57,017 bases of DNA from contig JAYZFK010000071.1 in NCBI GenBank assembly GCA_036336835.1, positions 1 to 57,017 on the forward strand. The letters run 5' to 3'. Each line of letters opens with the position of its first letter. Within the stretch, counting starts at the first letter, position 1. Source of the stretch: Myxococcota bacterium. Lineage in GTDB: Bacteria > Myxococcota_A > UBA9160 > UBA4427. Below the pieces are notes generated by a model that saw only the letters and a program-made list of their open reading frames with translations, made no database searches and was not told the DNA's origin. The position numbers were made by a program, and so were the translations under genes. Below, in pieces: positions 1 through 10,582 of this stretch.

Positions 1-1945
1 GAGATTTGTTTTCGTCAAGGAACTTGCCGATGGCATCGTTCATTGTCTTAGAGAGGATGAGCGCCTTGGCGTTGTCGGCCTTGGTGCCGAGATCCTCTAG
101 GGACACGGCGATGGCAAGGAATTCGCCGAGCGAATCCCAGCGCAGATGGTTCTCCTGCATGAACTGCTGGACGTGCTTGGGCGCCGAGCCGCCGGCTCCA
201 GTCTCGAACAAGCCACCACCGCTGATCAGCGGCACGATCGAGAGCATCTTGGCGCTGGTGCCGAGCTCGAGGATCGGGAACAGGTCCGTCAGATAGTCTC
301 GGAGCACGTTACCGGTGACCGAGATCGTGTCCTGGCCATCCTTGATGCGCTCGAGTGAGCGACGCGTGGCTTCGACCGGCGCCATGATCTCGATCTCGAG
401 GCCCTCGGTGTCGTGATCACCCAGGTAGCGCCTCACCTTGCCGATCAGCTCACGATCGTGCGCACGTGTCTCATCGAGCCAGAACACGGCCGGAGCCCCC
501 GTCGCGCGGGCGCGGTTCACGGCGAGCTTCACCCAATCCCGGACCGGCAGATCCTTGACCTGACACATGCGCCAGATGTCACCAGCCTCGACCTCGTGCT
601 CGATCACGGTCGCGCCCGAACCATCGACGACACGCACCGAGCCGGCTTTCGGGATCTCGAAGGTCTTGTCGTGCGAGCCATACTCCTCGGCCTTCTGCGC
701 CATCAGGCCCACATTCGGCACGGAGCCCATCTTGGACGGGTCGAAGGCGCCGTGCTCACGACAAAAGTCGATCACCTCCCGGTAGACGCCCGCATAGCTG
801 CCGTCGGGGATGACGGCCCTGGTGTCCTGCTCCTCTCCATCGGCGTTCCACATCTTGCCCGACGCTCGGATCATCGCCGGCATCGATGCATCGACGATGA
901 TGTCGCTCGGCACGTGGAGATTGGTGATGCCGCGGTCCGAATTGACCATCGCCAGGCTGGCGCGCTGCTGGTAGACGGCCCGAATGTCGGCTTCGATCTC
1001 GGCCCGCTTCGCCTCGGGCGCGTTCTGGATCGCGTCGAGCACGTTTCCGATCCCGTTGTTCGGGTTGGCGCCCAGCTCGTCGAGCAGGCTGCCGTGCTTG
1101 CTGAAGACGTCCGCAAAGAACACCTTCACGGCGTGCCCGAAGATGATCGGGTCGGACACCTTCATCATCGTGGCCTTGAGGTGCAGGGAGAACAGCACTC
1201 CCTGCTTCTTCGCCTCCTCGAGCTCGGCCTCGAGGAACTCGACCAGCGCGCGCCTGCTCATGAAGCTTGCGTCGACGATCTCGCCGGCGAGAACTCCCAC
1301 CGAATCCTTGAGCAGCGTAATGACACCGTCTCCGTCGACGAGCTCGATGCGCAGCGAATCCGGTTCGGCGAATGTGACGGAGACCTCGTTCGAGCGGAAG
1401 TCTCCGCCCTGCATGTGGGCGACGTCCGTGAGCGATTCACTCGACCACTCGCCCATCGGGTGCGGGTGCGTCCGGGCGTACTGCTTGACCGACGCGGGCG
1501 CGCGGCGATCCGAGTTGCCCTCGCGCAGGACCGGATTCACGGCGCTGCCCTTGATCTTGTCGTAGCGAGCATGGATCGCCCGCTCGGAGTCAGTCTGCGG
1601 ATCGTCGGGATAGTCCGGTATGTCGTAGCCCTTCGACTGCAGCTCCTGGATCGTCGCCTTCAGCTGCGGGATCGAGGCACTGATGTTGGGCAGCTTGATG
1701 ATGTTCGCCTGCGGGGTCCGAGCGAGCGCACCGAGCTCGGCCAGGGCATCGTCGATCCGCTGGGATTCGCTGAGGCCCTCTGGGAAGCTCGCAATGATGC
1801 GGCCGGCAAGCGAGATGTCCCGGGGCTCGACCTCGACGCCGCAGACTCCGGCGAAGGACTGGACGATGGGCAGGAACGCGTACGTGGCAAGCGCCGGCGC
1901 TTCATCGGTGAAGGTGTAGAGGATCTTCGGGGTGGCTTCCGTCAT
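1..1945 (-). CDS. icd: Monomeric NADP-dependent isocitrate dehydrogenase (3' end runs off the window)
   Basis: Minus-strand ATG at 1945 reads [28 protein letters not shown]..., followed by [47 protein letters not shown] and [16 protein letters not shown], all hallmarks of monomeric IDH. It is absent from the ORF track because there is no stop codon inside the window. Confidence 0.95.
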   Translation of the reverse strand, partial: MTEATPKILYTFTDEAPALATYAFLPIVQSFAGVCGVEVEPRDISLAGRIIASFPEGLSESQRIDDALAELGALARTPQANIIKLPNISASIPQLKATIQELQSKGYDIPDYPDDPQTDSERAIHARYDKIKGSAVNPVLREGNSDRRAPASVKQYARTHPHPMGEWSSESLTDVAHMQGGDFRSNEVSVTFAEPDSLRIELVDGDGVITLLKDSVGVLAGEIVDASFMSRRALVEFLEAELEEAKKQGVLFSLHLKATMMKVSDPIIFGHAVKVFFADVFSKHGSLLDELGANPNNGIGNVLDAIQNAPEAKRAEIEADIRAVYQQRASLAMVNSDRGITNLHVPSDIIVDASMPAMIRASGKMWNADGEEQDTRAVIPDGSYAGVYREVIDFCREHGAFDPSKMGSVPNVGLMAQKAEEYGSHDKTFEIPKAGSVRVVDGSGATVIEHEVEAGDIWRMCQVKDLPVRDWVKLAVNRARATGAPAVFWLDETRAHDRELIGKVRRYLGDHDTEGLEIEIMAPVEATRRSLERIKDGQDTISVTGNVLRDYLTDLFPILELGTSAKMLSIVPLISGGGLFETGAGGSAPKHVQQFMQENHLRWDSLGEFLAIAVSLEDLGTKADNAKALILSKTMNDAIGKFLDENKS

Positions 1946-2144
1946 GCTCTTCTTCGTCGGGGATTGTCGCGGCGGGCAGAGAATAGGAAAGAAATCCCGA
2001 TCCGCGACGTCGGGCAGGCCGCGGCCCGGAAGGGCCCGATCGGCCCAACACGCGCTCGAGCGGGCCCCGCTGCCGGACCCCTGGGTTTCGCAGACTGGCG
2101 CAAGCGCTGTGCCGCGACCGTGCTCGGCTTGATTCGCGACACCG

Positions 2145-3341
2145 CTAGCTGAAGAACTGGTCGACGACGTCGACGATGTAGGCGATTCCGTCGTCGCCGA
2201 TTGCGTGACTCATGGGCAAGATCAGGCCGCACTCCATGACGCGGTCGGCGTTGTCGAGACCTCCCGGGGCCACCCGATGCGGCGCGTCCTTGAAGGCCGG
2301 CTGGCGCGTTGCGTTGCCCGTCCACACCATCCGGGTGTCGACCCCGTTGCGTTCCATGTGCTGCTGGAAGTCGCCGCGAGCGACGCCCGACCCGGGCTCG
2401 ATCAGGATGGGGAACATGTGCCAGCCCGTGTCGACTCCCGGCGTGGTGCGAGGCAGGACGAACACGTCGGGACGCCTGGCCAAGGCTGCGCTCAGCAGCT
2501 CGAAGTTGCGCTTCCGGCGCCCGAGGTTGTGCGGGAGCTTGCTCATCTGGACGCAGCCGAATGCGGCGCTCAGCTCGCTCGGCTCGAAGTTCCAGCCGAC
2601 CTCGTCGAAGATGAAGAGGTCGTCGTACTCCAGGCCGTCGAGATCGCTGAAGAAGCGCCGCTCCCCCTTCTTCGAGCCGAAGAATGTCGGCTCGGAACGC
2701 CGGCCCCAGCGGCGGAGCAGCAGCGCCCGGTCGGCCAGCTCGGGAGAATCGAGCAGCAGCATCCCACCCGTCCCCGCGGCCGTGATGATGTGCGACAACG
2801 CGAAGCTGGTGAGCGAGATGTCCGAGCGGGCGCCCGTCGGTGTGCCGCGCAGCGTCGCACCGAGGCAGTCGCAGGAGTCCTCGACGACGGCGAGCTCGTG
2901 CCGATCCGCGACCTCGCGGATCGCGTCCCAGTCGGGACAGTTTCCGATCAGGTTCGGAGCCAGGATCGCCCGGGTGCGGGGACCGATGGCCGACTCGATC
3001 TGGTCGACGTCGATCTGGTAGGTGTCGCTCGTGACGTCGACGAAGACGGGAACCAGGCCGCCGCGAAGCATCGGCGCAATGTCGGTCGAGAAGGTGACCG
3101 CCGAGGTGACGATCTCGTCGCCGGGGTCGAGGTCCAGCAGCTCGATCGCGAGGTACAGCGCCGAGGAGCCCGAGTTGACCATGATGCCGCGCTGCTTGCC
3201 GAAGCTCTCGGCGACCCGCCGCTCCATCTCCTTGACGTTCTTCCCGATCCGCAGCGCGGTCGCCCCCCCGCGGAGAACCCGGACGACGGCCTCGATCTCC
3301 TGCTCGTCGTGGACGCTTCCCGCGTAGTCGATTCGGTCCAT
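2145..3341 (-). CDS. DegT/DnrJ/EryC1/StrS-family PLP/PMP enzyme, RfbH/ColD-like sugar 3-dehydratase type
   Basis: Motifs [23 protein letters not shown] and SFALSHIIT (His where aminotransferases have Lys). Confidence 0.85.
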   Translation of the reverse strand: MDRIDYAGSVHDEQEIEAVVRVLRGGATALRIGKNVKEMERRVAESFGKQRGIMVNSGSSALYLAIELLDLDPGDEIVTSAVTFSTDIAPMLRGGLVPVFVDVTSDTYQIDVDQIESAIGPRTRAILAPNLIGNCPDWDAIREVADRHELAVVEDSCDCLGATLRGTPTGARSDISLTSFALSHIITAAGTGGMLLLDSPELADRALLLRRWGRRSEPTFFGSKKGERRFFSDLDGLEYDDLFIFDEVGWNFEPSELSAAFGCVQMSKLPHNLGRRKRNFELLSAALARRPDVFVLPRTTPGVDTGWHMFPILIEPGSGVARGDFQQHMERNGVDTRMVWTGNATRQPAFKDAPHRVAPGGLDNADRVMECGLILPMSHAIGDDGIAYIVDVVDQFFS

Positions 3342-3407
3342 CAGGTCTCCAGGTTCGCGTAGACTGGTCGTATCCTAACCCCCGCCGCCTCTCGCGGAGC
3401 CAGAGCA

Positions 3408-4592
3408 TTGATCATCGACATCGACTCCCACTTCGAGCCCGGTGAAGACTGGCTCGAGCCCTACCCGAAGCTGAAAGCGAAGCTGCCTCGGGTCCCCAAG
3501 GAGACGGGGCTGATCGAAGGCATCATGGGCGACCTGCTCCGCAACGTTCCGCGAGACGAGTGGCGCCCGATGGACGAGCTGATGCCGCCCGGGGCCCGCG
3601 TGCTGCTCGGCCAGGAGCAGCTCGCCGAGAGCCAGCGCCGCGCCGAGTTCGAGGGCAAGCAGCAGCGCGCGGACGCCGATGCCGCCGCCCGGGTGAAGTG
3701 GCTCGACGAGCAGGGCATCGACATCCAGCACGTGATCTGCCTCGACGGCTTCCACTACACGGTCGCACTCGAGAATCGGGATCGCGCACTCCTGAGGGAG
3801 ACGATCCACACTTGCAACAGCTGGCTCGCCGACACCTGCGACGCAGCGGGCGGACGCCTGCTGCCCGTGAGCACGCTCGAGTACTCCGACCTCGACTGGG
3901 CGGTGGCAGAGCTCACGCGCATGCGCGCCCGGGGCAGTCGAATCTTCTTGATCCCGGGCTACCCGGTCGCAGGCCTGCCGCCCTGCCACCCGGAATGGGA
4001 TCGGCTGTGGTCGGCGGCCACGGACCTCGCCATGACGCCCATGCTGCACGTCGGGTTCGAGCGCACCGCCTTCGATCCCGGCTGGGCGAACCTCGGGACG
4101 GACGCCCACTCGCTGCGCTACTTCGCCTCGAGCTTCGGCAACGTCGGCGGCCAGACACTGCTCAGCTCGTTCATCTTCAACGGGGTGTTCGAACGCCACC
4201 CGAAGCTGACTCTGTTCCTCGCCGAGCTGGGCGTAGGCTGGCTGCCCTGGGTGTATCGCGAGGTGGACGGCCGCACCGATCCGGTCAGCCAGCTCTTCCT
4301 CGGCGACTATCACTACTCGCTCAAGCCGAGCGAGTTCATCGAGCGCAACGTGCGAGCCACACCGCTGTCGTGGGCGAAGGACCGTCCGATTCCCCAGCTG
4401 ATGCGCGACCTGCCGGACGACGTCGTCGTCTTCTCTTCGGACTTTCCCCACTTCGAAGGCTATTCCGATCCGATGGGCAGCTACCGCGAGCAGCTGTCGG
4501 GCTTCTCGCCCGAGCGCCTCGATCGCTTCTACGGCGGCTCGATCGGCGACGTCTACGCCCGCATGGGCGATCCGCTCGACCTGAAGGAGTAA
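3408..4592 (+). CDS. Amidohydrolase_2 family metal-dependent hydrolase/decarboxylase
   Basis: TTG start; IIDIDSH, LHVG, GVFERHPKL, AELGVGWLP, FSSDFPH. Confidence 0.85.
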   Translation: MIIDIDSHFEPGEDWLEPYPKLKAKLPRVPKETGLIEGIMGDLLRNVPRDEWRPMDELMPPGARVLLGQEQLAESQRRAEFEGKQQRADADAAARVKWLDEQGIDIQHVICLDGFHYTVALENRDRALLRETIHTCNSWLADTCDAAGGRLLPVSTLEYSDLDWAVAELTRMRARGSRIFLIPGYPVAGLPPCHPEWDRLWSAATDLAMTPMLHVGFERTAFDPGWANLGTDAHSLRYFASSFGNVGGQTLLSSFIFNGVFERHPKLTLFLAELGVGWLPWVYREVDGRTDPVSQLFLGDYHYSLKPSEFIERNVRATPLSWAKDRPIPQLMRDLPDDVVVFSSDFPHFEGYSDPMGSYREQLSGFSPERLDRFYGGSIGDVYARMGDPLDLKE

Positions 4593-4597
4593 CGGCG

Positions 4598-5464
4598 ATG
4601 CGTATTGGATTCGCAGGCGTTGGAGCCATGGGCGGCGCGATGGCGCGGCGGGCACTGGCGGATGGGCTCGAGGTCGTCGTCTTCGACCCGAGCGAAGCCG
4701 CCAGCGCGGCGCTCGCCGAGAAGGGCGCGCAGCGGGCCAGCTCGCCCAAGGATCTGGCCGAGCGATCTGACGTCGTTGCGGTGGTCGTGCTGAACGACGA
4801 TCAGGTTCGCAGCGTCGTGTGCGGAGACGACGGGCTGCTCGCCGCCGACAAGGATGCGCTCGACATCCTGATCCATTCGACGATCCACCTCCCGACGCTG
4901 CTCGACGTCGAGGAGAGCGCGCGCAAGCGCGGCTTCTCGCTGATCGACGCCGGCGTCTCCGGACACACCACGGGCGCAGAGAACGGACAGCTCGCGGTGA
5001 TGGTGGGCGGCGACGAAGCGACGATCGAACGCTGCCGACCGGCCCTCGAGACCTACGGCGGACTGGTCATCCGGGTCGGCCCGCTCGGCGCGGGGATGAA
5101 GGCGAAGGTCGCCCGGAATCTACTCGGCTTTGCGCAGTGCGCCTCGGTGTACGAGGGCATGCGACTGGCGGAAGAGGCCGGCGTCGACCTGGACTCGTTT
5201 GCCAGGATCGTTCGCCACAGTGAGGCCCAGAGCAATCTGGTCGACGGCTTCCTGTCCTCGCCGAGCGTGCGAGAAGGCAACGACGAGACCGAGCAGGGCA
5301 GGCAACGCCTGGCGCTCAGCGAGGTGGTCGTCGAGACCTGCCTCAAGGATCTGTCGGCCGCGCTCGACCTCGCCGAGAGCCTCGGCCTGGAGCTTCCCGT
5401 CACCGAGTCGGCCCGAGCCGAAACGCGGTCAGTCTGGGGCGCCGAGCCCGGCCCCAGACACTGA
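4598..5464 (+). CDS. NAD(P)-dependent oxidoreductase, 3-hydroxyisobutyrate/beta-hydroxyacid dehydrogenase family
   Basis: True start is inside the 634-aa ORF: MRIGFAGVGAMG (Rossmann), HST, DAGVSG, MVGGD, GMKAKVARN. Confidence 0.88.
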   Translation: MRIGFAGVGAMGGAMARRALADGLEVVVFDPSEAASAALAEKGAQRASSPKDLAERSDVVAVVVLNDDQVRSVVCGDDGLLAADKDALDILIHSTIHLPTLLDVEESARKRGFSLIDAGVSGHTTGAENGQLAVMVGGDEATIERCRPALETYGGLVIRVGPLGAGMKAKVARNLLGFAQCASVYEGMRLAEEAGVDLDSFARIVRHSEAQSNLVDGFLSSPSVREGNDETEQGRQRLALSEVVVETCLKDLSAALDLAESLGLELPVTESARAETRSVWGAEPGPRH

Positions 5465-5517
5465 TCCCGACCGTCCGACTCCACTCGCGTCGCACGCCGC
5501 AGGCAGGGAGCCCCGAC

Positions 5518-6285
5518 ATGCCCCACGCATCCGAGCTGTTCGATCTGTCCGACAAGGTCGCCGTCGTCACGGGCGGCAGCCGCGGCCTCGGCCGCGAGAT
5601 GGTGCTGGCCTTCGCCGAGCACGGCGCGGACGTGGTGATCGCGAGCCGCAAGCTCGACAACTGCGTCGCGCTGGCCGACGAGGTCACCGAGCGCTTCGGC
5701 CGCAAGGCGCTCGCCGTCGCGTGCCACGTCGGCTACTGGGACCAGGTCGAAGGCCTCGCCGACCGCGTCTACGACGAGCTCGGCAAGGTGGACATCCTGG
5801 TCAACAACGCCGGCATGTCGCCGATCTATCCCTCGATCGGCGACATCTCGGAGGCGCTCTACGACAAGGTGATGGCCGTGAACCTCAAGGGCACGTTCCG
5901 GCTGTCGGTCCTGGTGGGCGAGCGCATGGCGTCAGGAGACGGCGGCTCGATCATCAGCGTGAGCTCGGGGGCCGCGGTGCGCCCCACCCCCGGCGAGGCC
6001 GTCTACGGGCTGGCCAAGGCCGGTCTTCACAACATGACCACGATGCTCTCGCAGGCCTACGCACCTAGCGTGCGTGCCAACGTCATCATGCCGGGCCCCT
6101 TCCTCACCGACATCAGCAAGGCCTGGGGCGACCCGGACGCGGTCCGCAAGGGCTTCGAGAAGTCGCTGCTACTGCAGCGCGCCGGAGAGCCGGAAGAGGT
6201 CGTCGGGGCTGCGCTGTTCCTGGCGAGCGATGCCAGCAGCTACAGCACCGGTGGTGTCATCAACCTAACGGGCGGCTTCGCCTGA
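5518..6285 (+). CDS. Short-chain dehydrogenase/reductase (SDR)
   Basis: TGGSRGLG, NNAG, YGLAK. Confidence 0.92.
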   Translation: MPHASELFDLSDKVAVVTGGSRGLGREMVLAFAEHGADVVIASRKLDNCVALADEVTERFGRKALAVACHVGYWDQVEGLADRVYDELGKVDILVNNAGMSPIYPSIGDISEALYDKVMAVNLKGTFRLSVLVGERMASGDGGSIISVSSGAAVRPTPGEAVYGLAKAGLHNMTTMLSQAYAPSVRANVIMPGPFLTDISKAWGDPDAVRKGFEKSLLLQRAGEPEEVVGAALFLASDASSYSTGGVINLTGGFA

Positions 6286-6297
6286 CGGGGAGGATCC

Positions 6298-6696
6298 ATG
6301 GGAACGCGCATGGCGAAGCCGGCGCTCGACGTCGGCTTGATCACCGCGGATGCGACGCCGCTGCTCGACTTCTACCGCGCGGTGGCGAGCTTCGAGCTGC
6401 TCGATCCGCTCACCATCCCCAACGTGGGCACGATCCACAAGCTTGCGTGTGGCGAGAGCATCCTGCGGGTGATGGTGCCCACCACTCCGCCCGAGCCCGA
6501 CGAGGCGGTGAGCTTCTCGGCGCGCGCCGGAATCCGCTATCTGACGCTCGAGGTCGAGGACATCGAGCAGGCTGTCGAGGCGGTGCGCAGCCACGGCGGC
6601 AGCGTCGCGCTCGAACCCTTCGAGCTCCGGCCCGGTCGACGGGTCGCACAGGTCACCGACCCCGACGGCAACATGCTCGAGCTCGGCCAGGGCTGA
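6298..6696 (+). CDS. VOC/glyoxalase family protein
   Basis: LDFYR, YLTLEVEDIE, DPDGNMLEL; start may be 6310. Confidence 0.85.
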   Translation: MGTRMAKPALDVGLITADATPLLDFYRAVASFELLDPLTIPNVGTIHKLACGESILRVMVPTTPPEPDEAVSFSARAGIRYLTLEVEDIEQAVEAVRSHGGSVALEPFELRPGRRVAQVTDPDGNMLELGQG

Positions 6697-7917
6697 GTGG
6701 GCGGGGCCGCGGTGATCGACTACGACCCCTTCTCGGACGCGGTGATGCACGACCCGTGGCCCGTGTACGCGCAGCTGCGGCGCGAGGCCCCGGTGTTCTA
6801 CCACGAGAAGTACGACACCTGGTTCCTGTCGCGCTTCGAGGACATCTGGCAGAGCACGACGCGGGATGTCTTCACGGCCGAGCGGGGCGTGACGCCGGAG
6901 ATGGTGCTGCTGAAGTCGGCGCCGCCGCCCGAGCCGGTGTTCTCGATGCTGGATCTTCCGCAACAGCGCGACTACCGCCGCATGCTCGCCCCCCCGTACA
7001 CGCGCAATGCGATCGCGCGAAGCGAGGCGCAGGTTCGCAACCACGTCCGTCAGCTGCTCGAGCCGCTCGCCGCGCGCGGTCGCTTCGACGCGGCCCGCGA
7101 GCTGGCAACGCCGCTAGCGACTCGCGTCATCGCGGAGCTGATCGGCCTGCCCGACGAGGAGGCTGCCACGATGCGCGCGCAGGTCGCGCAGTTCTTCGCG
7201 CGCCAGCCGGGCCAGGTGGGCACCACGCCCGAGAACGAAGCCGCTCGTCTCGCGCTGCTGACGCGGATCGCCGAGCTCGTCAGCGCGCGGACCGACGACG
7301 ACGACCGATCGCGGGACGATCACATCTCGGTGCTGCTGCGCACGCCGGCCGAAGGACGGCCGCTCTCGCTCGGCGCGGTGGTGGCCGCCGTCTTCACGTT
7401 GCTCGTGACCGGCGCCGAGGTGGTCCCGCTCTCGGTCGCAAACACGCTCTTCTACCTGTGGTCGCACCCGGACCAGCGCAGGGAGCTCACAGCGCAACCC
7501 GAGCTGATTCCGCACGCCTACGCGGAATCTCTCCGCTACGACCAGCCCACGAACCTGCTCGGCCGCTTCGTGAAGGACCCGGTCGAGATCCGCGGTCACC
7601 AGCTCCAGCCCGGAGCGGGCGTGATGTTCCTCTGGGCTTCGGGCAACCGCGACGAGATCGAGTTCGAGCGAGCCGACGAGTTCGACATCGCGCGCCGCCC
7701 GCGCCGCAGCCTGTCGTTCGGCCACGGCGCCCACAAGTGCATCGGAGAGCATCTCGGCCTGCTCGAGGGTCGCGTGCTACTCGAGGAGATCCTCGCCCTC
7801 GCGCCCGACTACGAGGTCGACACCGGCCGGGCACGGCGCGCCTACAGCGAGTTCCTCCACGGGTACGATCAGCTGCCGATCGAGTTCGACGCGGCTCGCG
7901 CTACTCCTTCGGCTTGA
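6697..7917 (+). CDS. Cytochrome P450 with atypical I-helix
   Basis: ESLR (ExxR) and heme motif FGHGAHKCIG; I-helix TGAEVV. Start may be the GTG at 6712. Confidence 0.93.
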   Translation: MGGAAVIDYDPFSDAVMHDPWPVYAQLRREAPVFYHEKYDTWFLSRFEDIWQSTTRDVFTAERGVTPEMVLLKSAPPPEPVFSMLDLPQQRDYRRMLAPPYTRNAIARSEAQVRNHVRQLLEPLAARGRFDAARELATPLATRVIAELIGLPDEEAATMRAQVAQFFARQPGQVGTTPENEAARLALLTRIAELVSARTDDDDRSRDDHISVLLRTPAEGRPLSLGAVVAAVFTLLVTGAEVVPLSVANTLFYLWSHPDQRRELTAQPELIPHAYAESLRYDQPTNLLGRFVKDPVEIRGHQLQPGAGVMFLWASGNRDEIEFERADEFDIARRPRRSLSFGHGAHKCIGEHLGLLEGRVLLEEILALAPDYEVDTGRARRAYSEFLHGYDQLPIEFDAARATPSA

Positions 7918-8812
7918 GCGACTCCGCGGTGAGCCCGCGATGCCCCCAGTCGTCCCCGCCGCCGGCGAACTCGTGCTCGACCCAGTCGTCGCCGACCAGG
8001 ACGCCGTCCCAGCCGATCTCGATGTCGAAGCCCGACGGACCGCGCATGTAGAACGACACCGTCTTGTCGTTGCGGTGACGACCCAGCGACGAGGTGATCG
8101 CGACCTGCTCCGCCAGGGCCCGGTCGAGCGCCCCGCCGACCCCGTCGAGCGTCGTCGACTCGAACATCAGGTGCTGCAGGCCACTCTGCTCTCCCACCTG
8201 GAGCAACGCCACGCTGTGATGCCGAGGTGTGCAGCGAAGGAAGTGGATGCCCTGTCCCCCCGGACCGAAGCGCATGTAGTCGGTGCGGCGGAAGCCGAGC
8301 ACGTCGCGGTAGAAGGCCAGGCTGGGCTCGATGTCCGGGACGTACAGCACGGCGTGTCCCATGCCGAGCCCGCCGGTCAGAAACTCGATGCCCGTCGGCG
8401 AACGGAAGGCGTCGTCGACGACCGGGCCGAAGAAGAGCTCGAGCCGGTGGCCCGCTGGATCGTGCAGCACGGCGAGTCGCTCGACCCCGCGGGCCGCGCA
8501 CTCGGCGTCCTTGCCGGGCCGGATCTCGACACCCCTCGCTCGAACCGCCTCGACCGCGCTCTCGAAGTCCGAGACGCTTCGAAGCTCGAAGCCGAGATAG
8601 GCGAGCCCGGGCGCCTCGGACGGGTGGACGGCCAGGCGCCACTGGCGGCTGTCCAGCTTGAGATAGGCGGTGCCGTCCGCCGGCATCCCGGGAGCGGCCC
8701 GGGCCGGGGTGAGGCCGCACACCGCGGTCGCAAACTCGCGCCATTCCGCCGGGTCCGGCGCATCGATCCCGACATAGCCGAGGCCCGCCAACGAAACGCG
8801 ACGCTCTTCCAT
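7901..8812 (-). CDS. Type I extradiol ring-cleavage dioxygenase (BphC/HsaC-like)
   Basis: ATG at 8812 (MEERRVSLAGLGYVGI); GMGHAVL, RHHSVA, HLMFE, LGRHRNDKTVSFYMRGPSGFDIEIGW. Confidence 0.9.
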   Translation of the reverse strand: MEERRVSLAGLGYVGIDAPDPAEWREFATAVCGLTPARAAPGMPADGTAYLKLDSRQWRLAVHPSEAPGLAYLGFELRSVSDFESAVEAVRARGVEIRPGKDAECAARGVERLAVLHDPAGHRLELFFGPVVDDAFRSPTGIEFLTGGLGMGHAVLYVPDIEPSLAFYRDVLGFRRTDYMRFGPGGQGIHFLRCTPRHHSVALLQVGEQSGLQHLMFESTTLDGVGGALDRALAEQVAITSSLGRHRNDKTVSFYMRGPSGFDIEIGWDGVLVGDDWVEHEFAGGGDDWGHRGLTAESLKPKE

Positions 8813-8838
8813 CCCGCTCTGCCTCCGCAGTCCCGAAC

Positions 8839-9279
8839 TCAGCCGCTGAAGTCCGCGGAGCTGCTCTTGGCCATCTCTTCGAGGAACCACGGCGGAAACT
8901 GACCGACGAACTTCTGGACGTCCCAGTAATCGCTCCAGCGAAAGATCTTGCCGTCCTTCATCTCGTGCATCGTGGCGAAGGTGTGCTCGATCCGCTCTCC
9001 GGACTTGAAGGTCCAGATCTCGGTGTGATCGAGGAAGACCACGTCGCCCTCGGCAGCGACGTGATGCAGGATCTGCTCCTGCTCTGCAAGATGATCCCAG
9101 GCGATGCTGAGCCGCTTGACGACGTTCTCGGGGCCGTGGGCGCCGGGATCGTCGGTCGGGACGTCCTGGTAGTGGACCTGCGGATGCAGGCAGCTCTTGA
9201 GCGTCTCCCAGTCCATCTGGCTCAGTGCCCGCCACATCTTCTCGACGGTGCGTTTGTTCGCTTCACTGGACATCGGCAT
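8839..9279 (-). CDS. NTF2/SnoaL-like protein (limonene epoxide hydrolase-like fold)
   Basis: YQDVP, HVAAEGDVVFLDHTE, KDGKIFRWSDYWD. Confidence 0.8.
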   Translation of the reverse strand: MPMSSEANKRTVEKMWRALSQMDWETLKSCLHPQVHYQDVPTDDPGAHGPENVVKRLSIAWDHLAEQEQILHHVAAEGDVVFLDHTEIWTFKSGERIEHTFATMHEMKDGKIFRWSDYWDVQKFVGQFPPWFLEEMAKSSSADFSG

Positions 9280-10537
9280 CTCCTGACAGGGAGCGAGAGC
9301 CTAGCGTTCGCTCGCCGAGGCTCGCGAGGGCGTGCTCCGCGTCGAACTCGATCGGAACGACTCCCAGCACGCGAAGCCAGCTGGAAGCCCAGCGCTCGGG
9401 CTCGCCAGCGAGCTCGTAGGCGGGCGCGCAGCGCAGCAGCTCCTCGAATGCGACCCGCGCTTCCAGACGCGCGAGCGATGCGCCGACACAGAAGTGCAGA
9501 CCGTGGCCGAACCCGAGATGGCGCTTCATCGAACGCCGAACGTCGAAGCGCTCGGCACCGGGGAACTGGCGCTCGTCGTGGTTGGCGCCCATCCAGGCCA
9601 GGACGACGGGCGCCGCCCGCGGAATCTCGCGCCCGTGCAGGCGAACCGGCCGCGTGGTGATGCGCGGCGGCGACTGCACGGTAGGGGCGTCGTAGCGGGC
9701 CATCTCCTCGACCGCGTTGCGCACGCCGGTCGGGTCGTCGACCAGGCCCTGGCGCTGCGCCGGGTGCTCGGCGAGGCGCACGGCACCGTTGGCGATCAGC
9801 GACGCCGTGGTGTCGTTGCCGGCCACCATCAGCTGATAGCCGATCCCGACCACCTCTTCGTCAGTCAGCCGCTCACCGTCGATCTCCGCCTCGAGCAGCG
9901 CCCCCAGCAGATCGCGGGTCGGCCGCGTGCGGCGCTGCTCGACCAGCTCGGCCAGGTAGGCGCGAATCGCTTCGACGGCCTCGCGCTGCTCGCGCTCGGC
10001 CACCTCCTCCGAGACCGACGGGTGGCGCTGCTCGATCTTCTCGGCCCACAGGCGAAACTGCCAGCGATCCGCTTCCGGCACGCCCAGCAGCGCTCCGATC
10101 ACCTGCGTCGCGAGTGGCGCGGCAAACTCGCGCATCAGCTCGCAGCTCCCCTTGCCGGCCACCTGGCCGAGCAGCTGCCTGGAGAGACGGCGGACGATCG
10201 GCTCGAGCGCTTCGACCCGGCGCGGCGTGAACGTCCGGGCGAGCAGAGACCGCATCCGGTCGTGACGGGGTGGATCGAGGTAGAAGATGCCGAAGTCCAT
10301 CATCCAGCGAGGCATCAGCTCGGTGGGTTCACCCTCGCACTCTCCGTAGTGAGCCGGATTGCTGGCGAACGTCTCCCAGTCGCTGGCCGCGTTCCACACG
10401 TCGTCCCAGCGGGTGAGCACCCAGAAGCGCAGCCGCTCGTTCCAGTAGGCCGGATGCTCGTCGCGCAGGGTCTTGAAGATCGGGAACGGATCGAGCTGGA
10501 ACTCGAGCCGAGTCGGGTCGTACTCGAACGCTGTCAT
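9263..10537 (-). CDS. Cytochrome P450
   Basis: DPPRHDRMR, AGNDTT, EMAR, FGHGLHFCVG. Confidence 0.94.
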   Translation of the reverse strand: MTAFEYDPTRLEFQLDPFPIFKTLRDEHPAYWNERLRFWVLTRWDDVWNAASDWETFASNPAHYGECEGEPTELMPRWMMDFGIFYLDPPRHDRMRSLLARTFTPRRVEALEPIVRRLSRQLLGQVAGKGSCELMREFAAPLATQVIGALLGVPEADRWQFRLWAEKIEQRHPSVSEEVAEREQREAVEAIRAYLAELVEQRRTRPTRDLLGALLEAEIDGERLTDEEVVGIGYQLMVAGNDTTASLIANGAVRLAEHPAQRQGLVDDPTGVRNAVEEMARYDAPTVQSPPRITTRPVRLHGREIPRAAPVVLAWMGANHDERQFPGAERFDVRRSMKRHLGFGHGLHFCVGASLARLEARVAFEELLRCAPAYELAGEPERWASSWLRVLGVVPIEFDAEHALASLGERTLGSRSLSGDADVQ

Positions 10538-10582
10538 GGCTCACGGGCCTTTCTTTCGAAGCGCACGCCACCTCGCACCGGG

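Noticed and set aside
413..2152. 579-aa plus-strand ORF
   Set aside because: It is the antisense shadow of icd, which has clear motifs on the minus strand.
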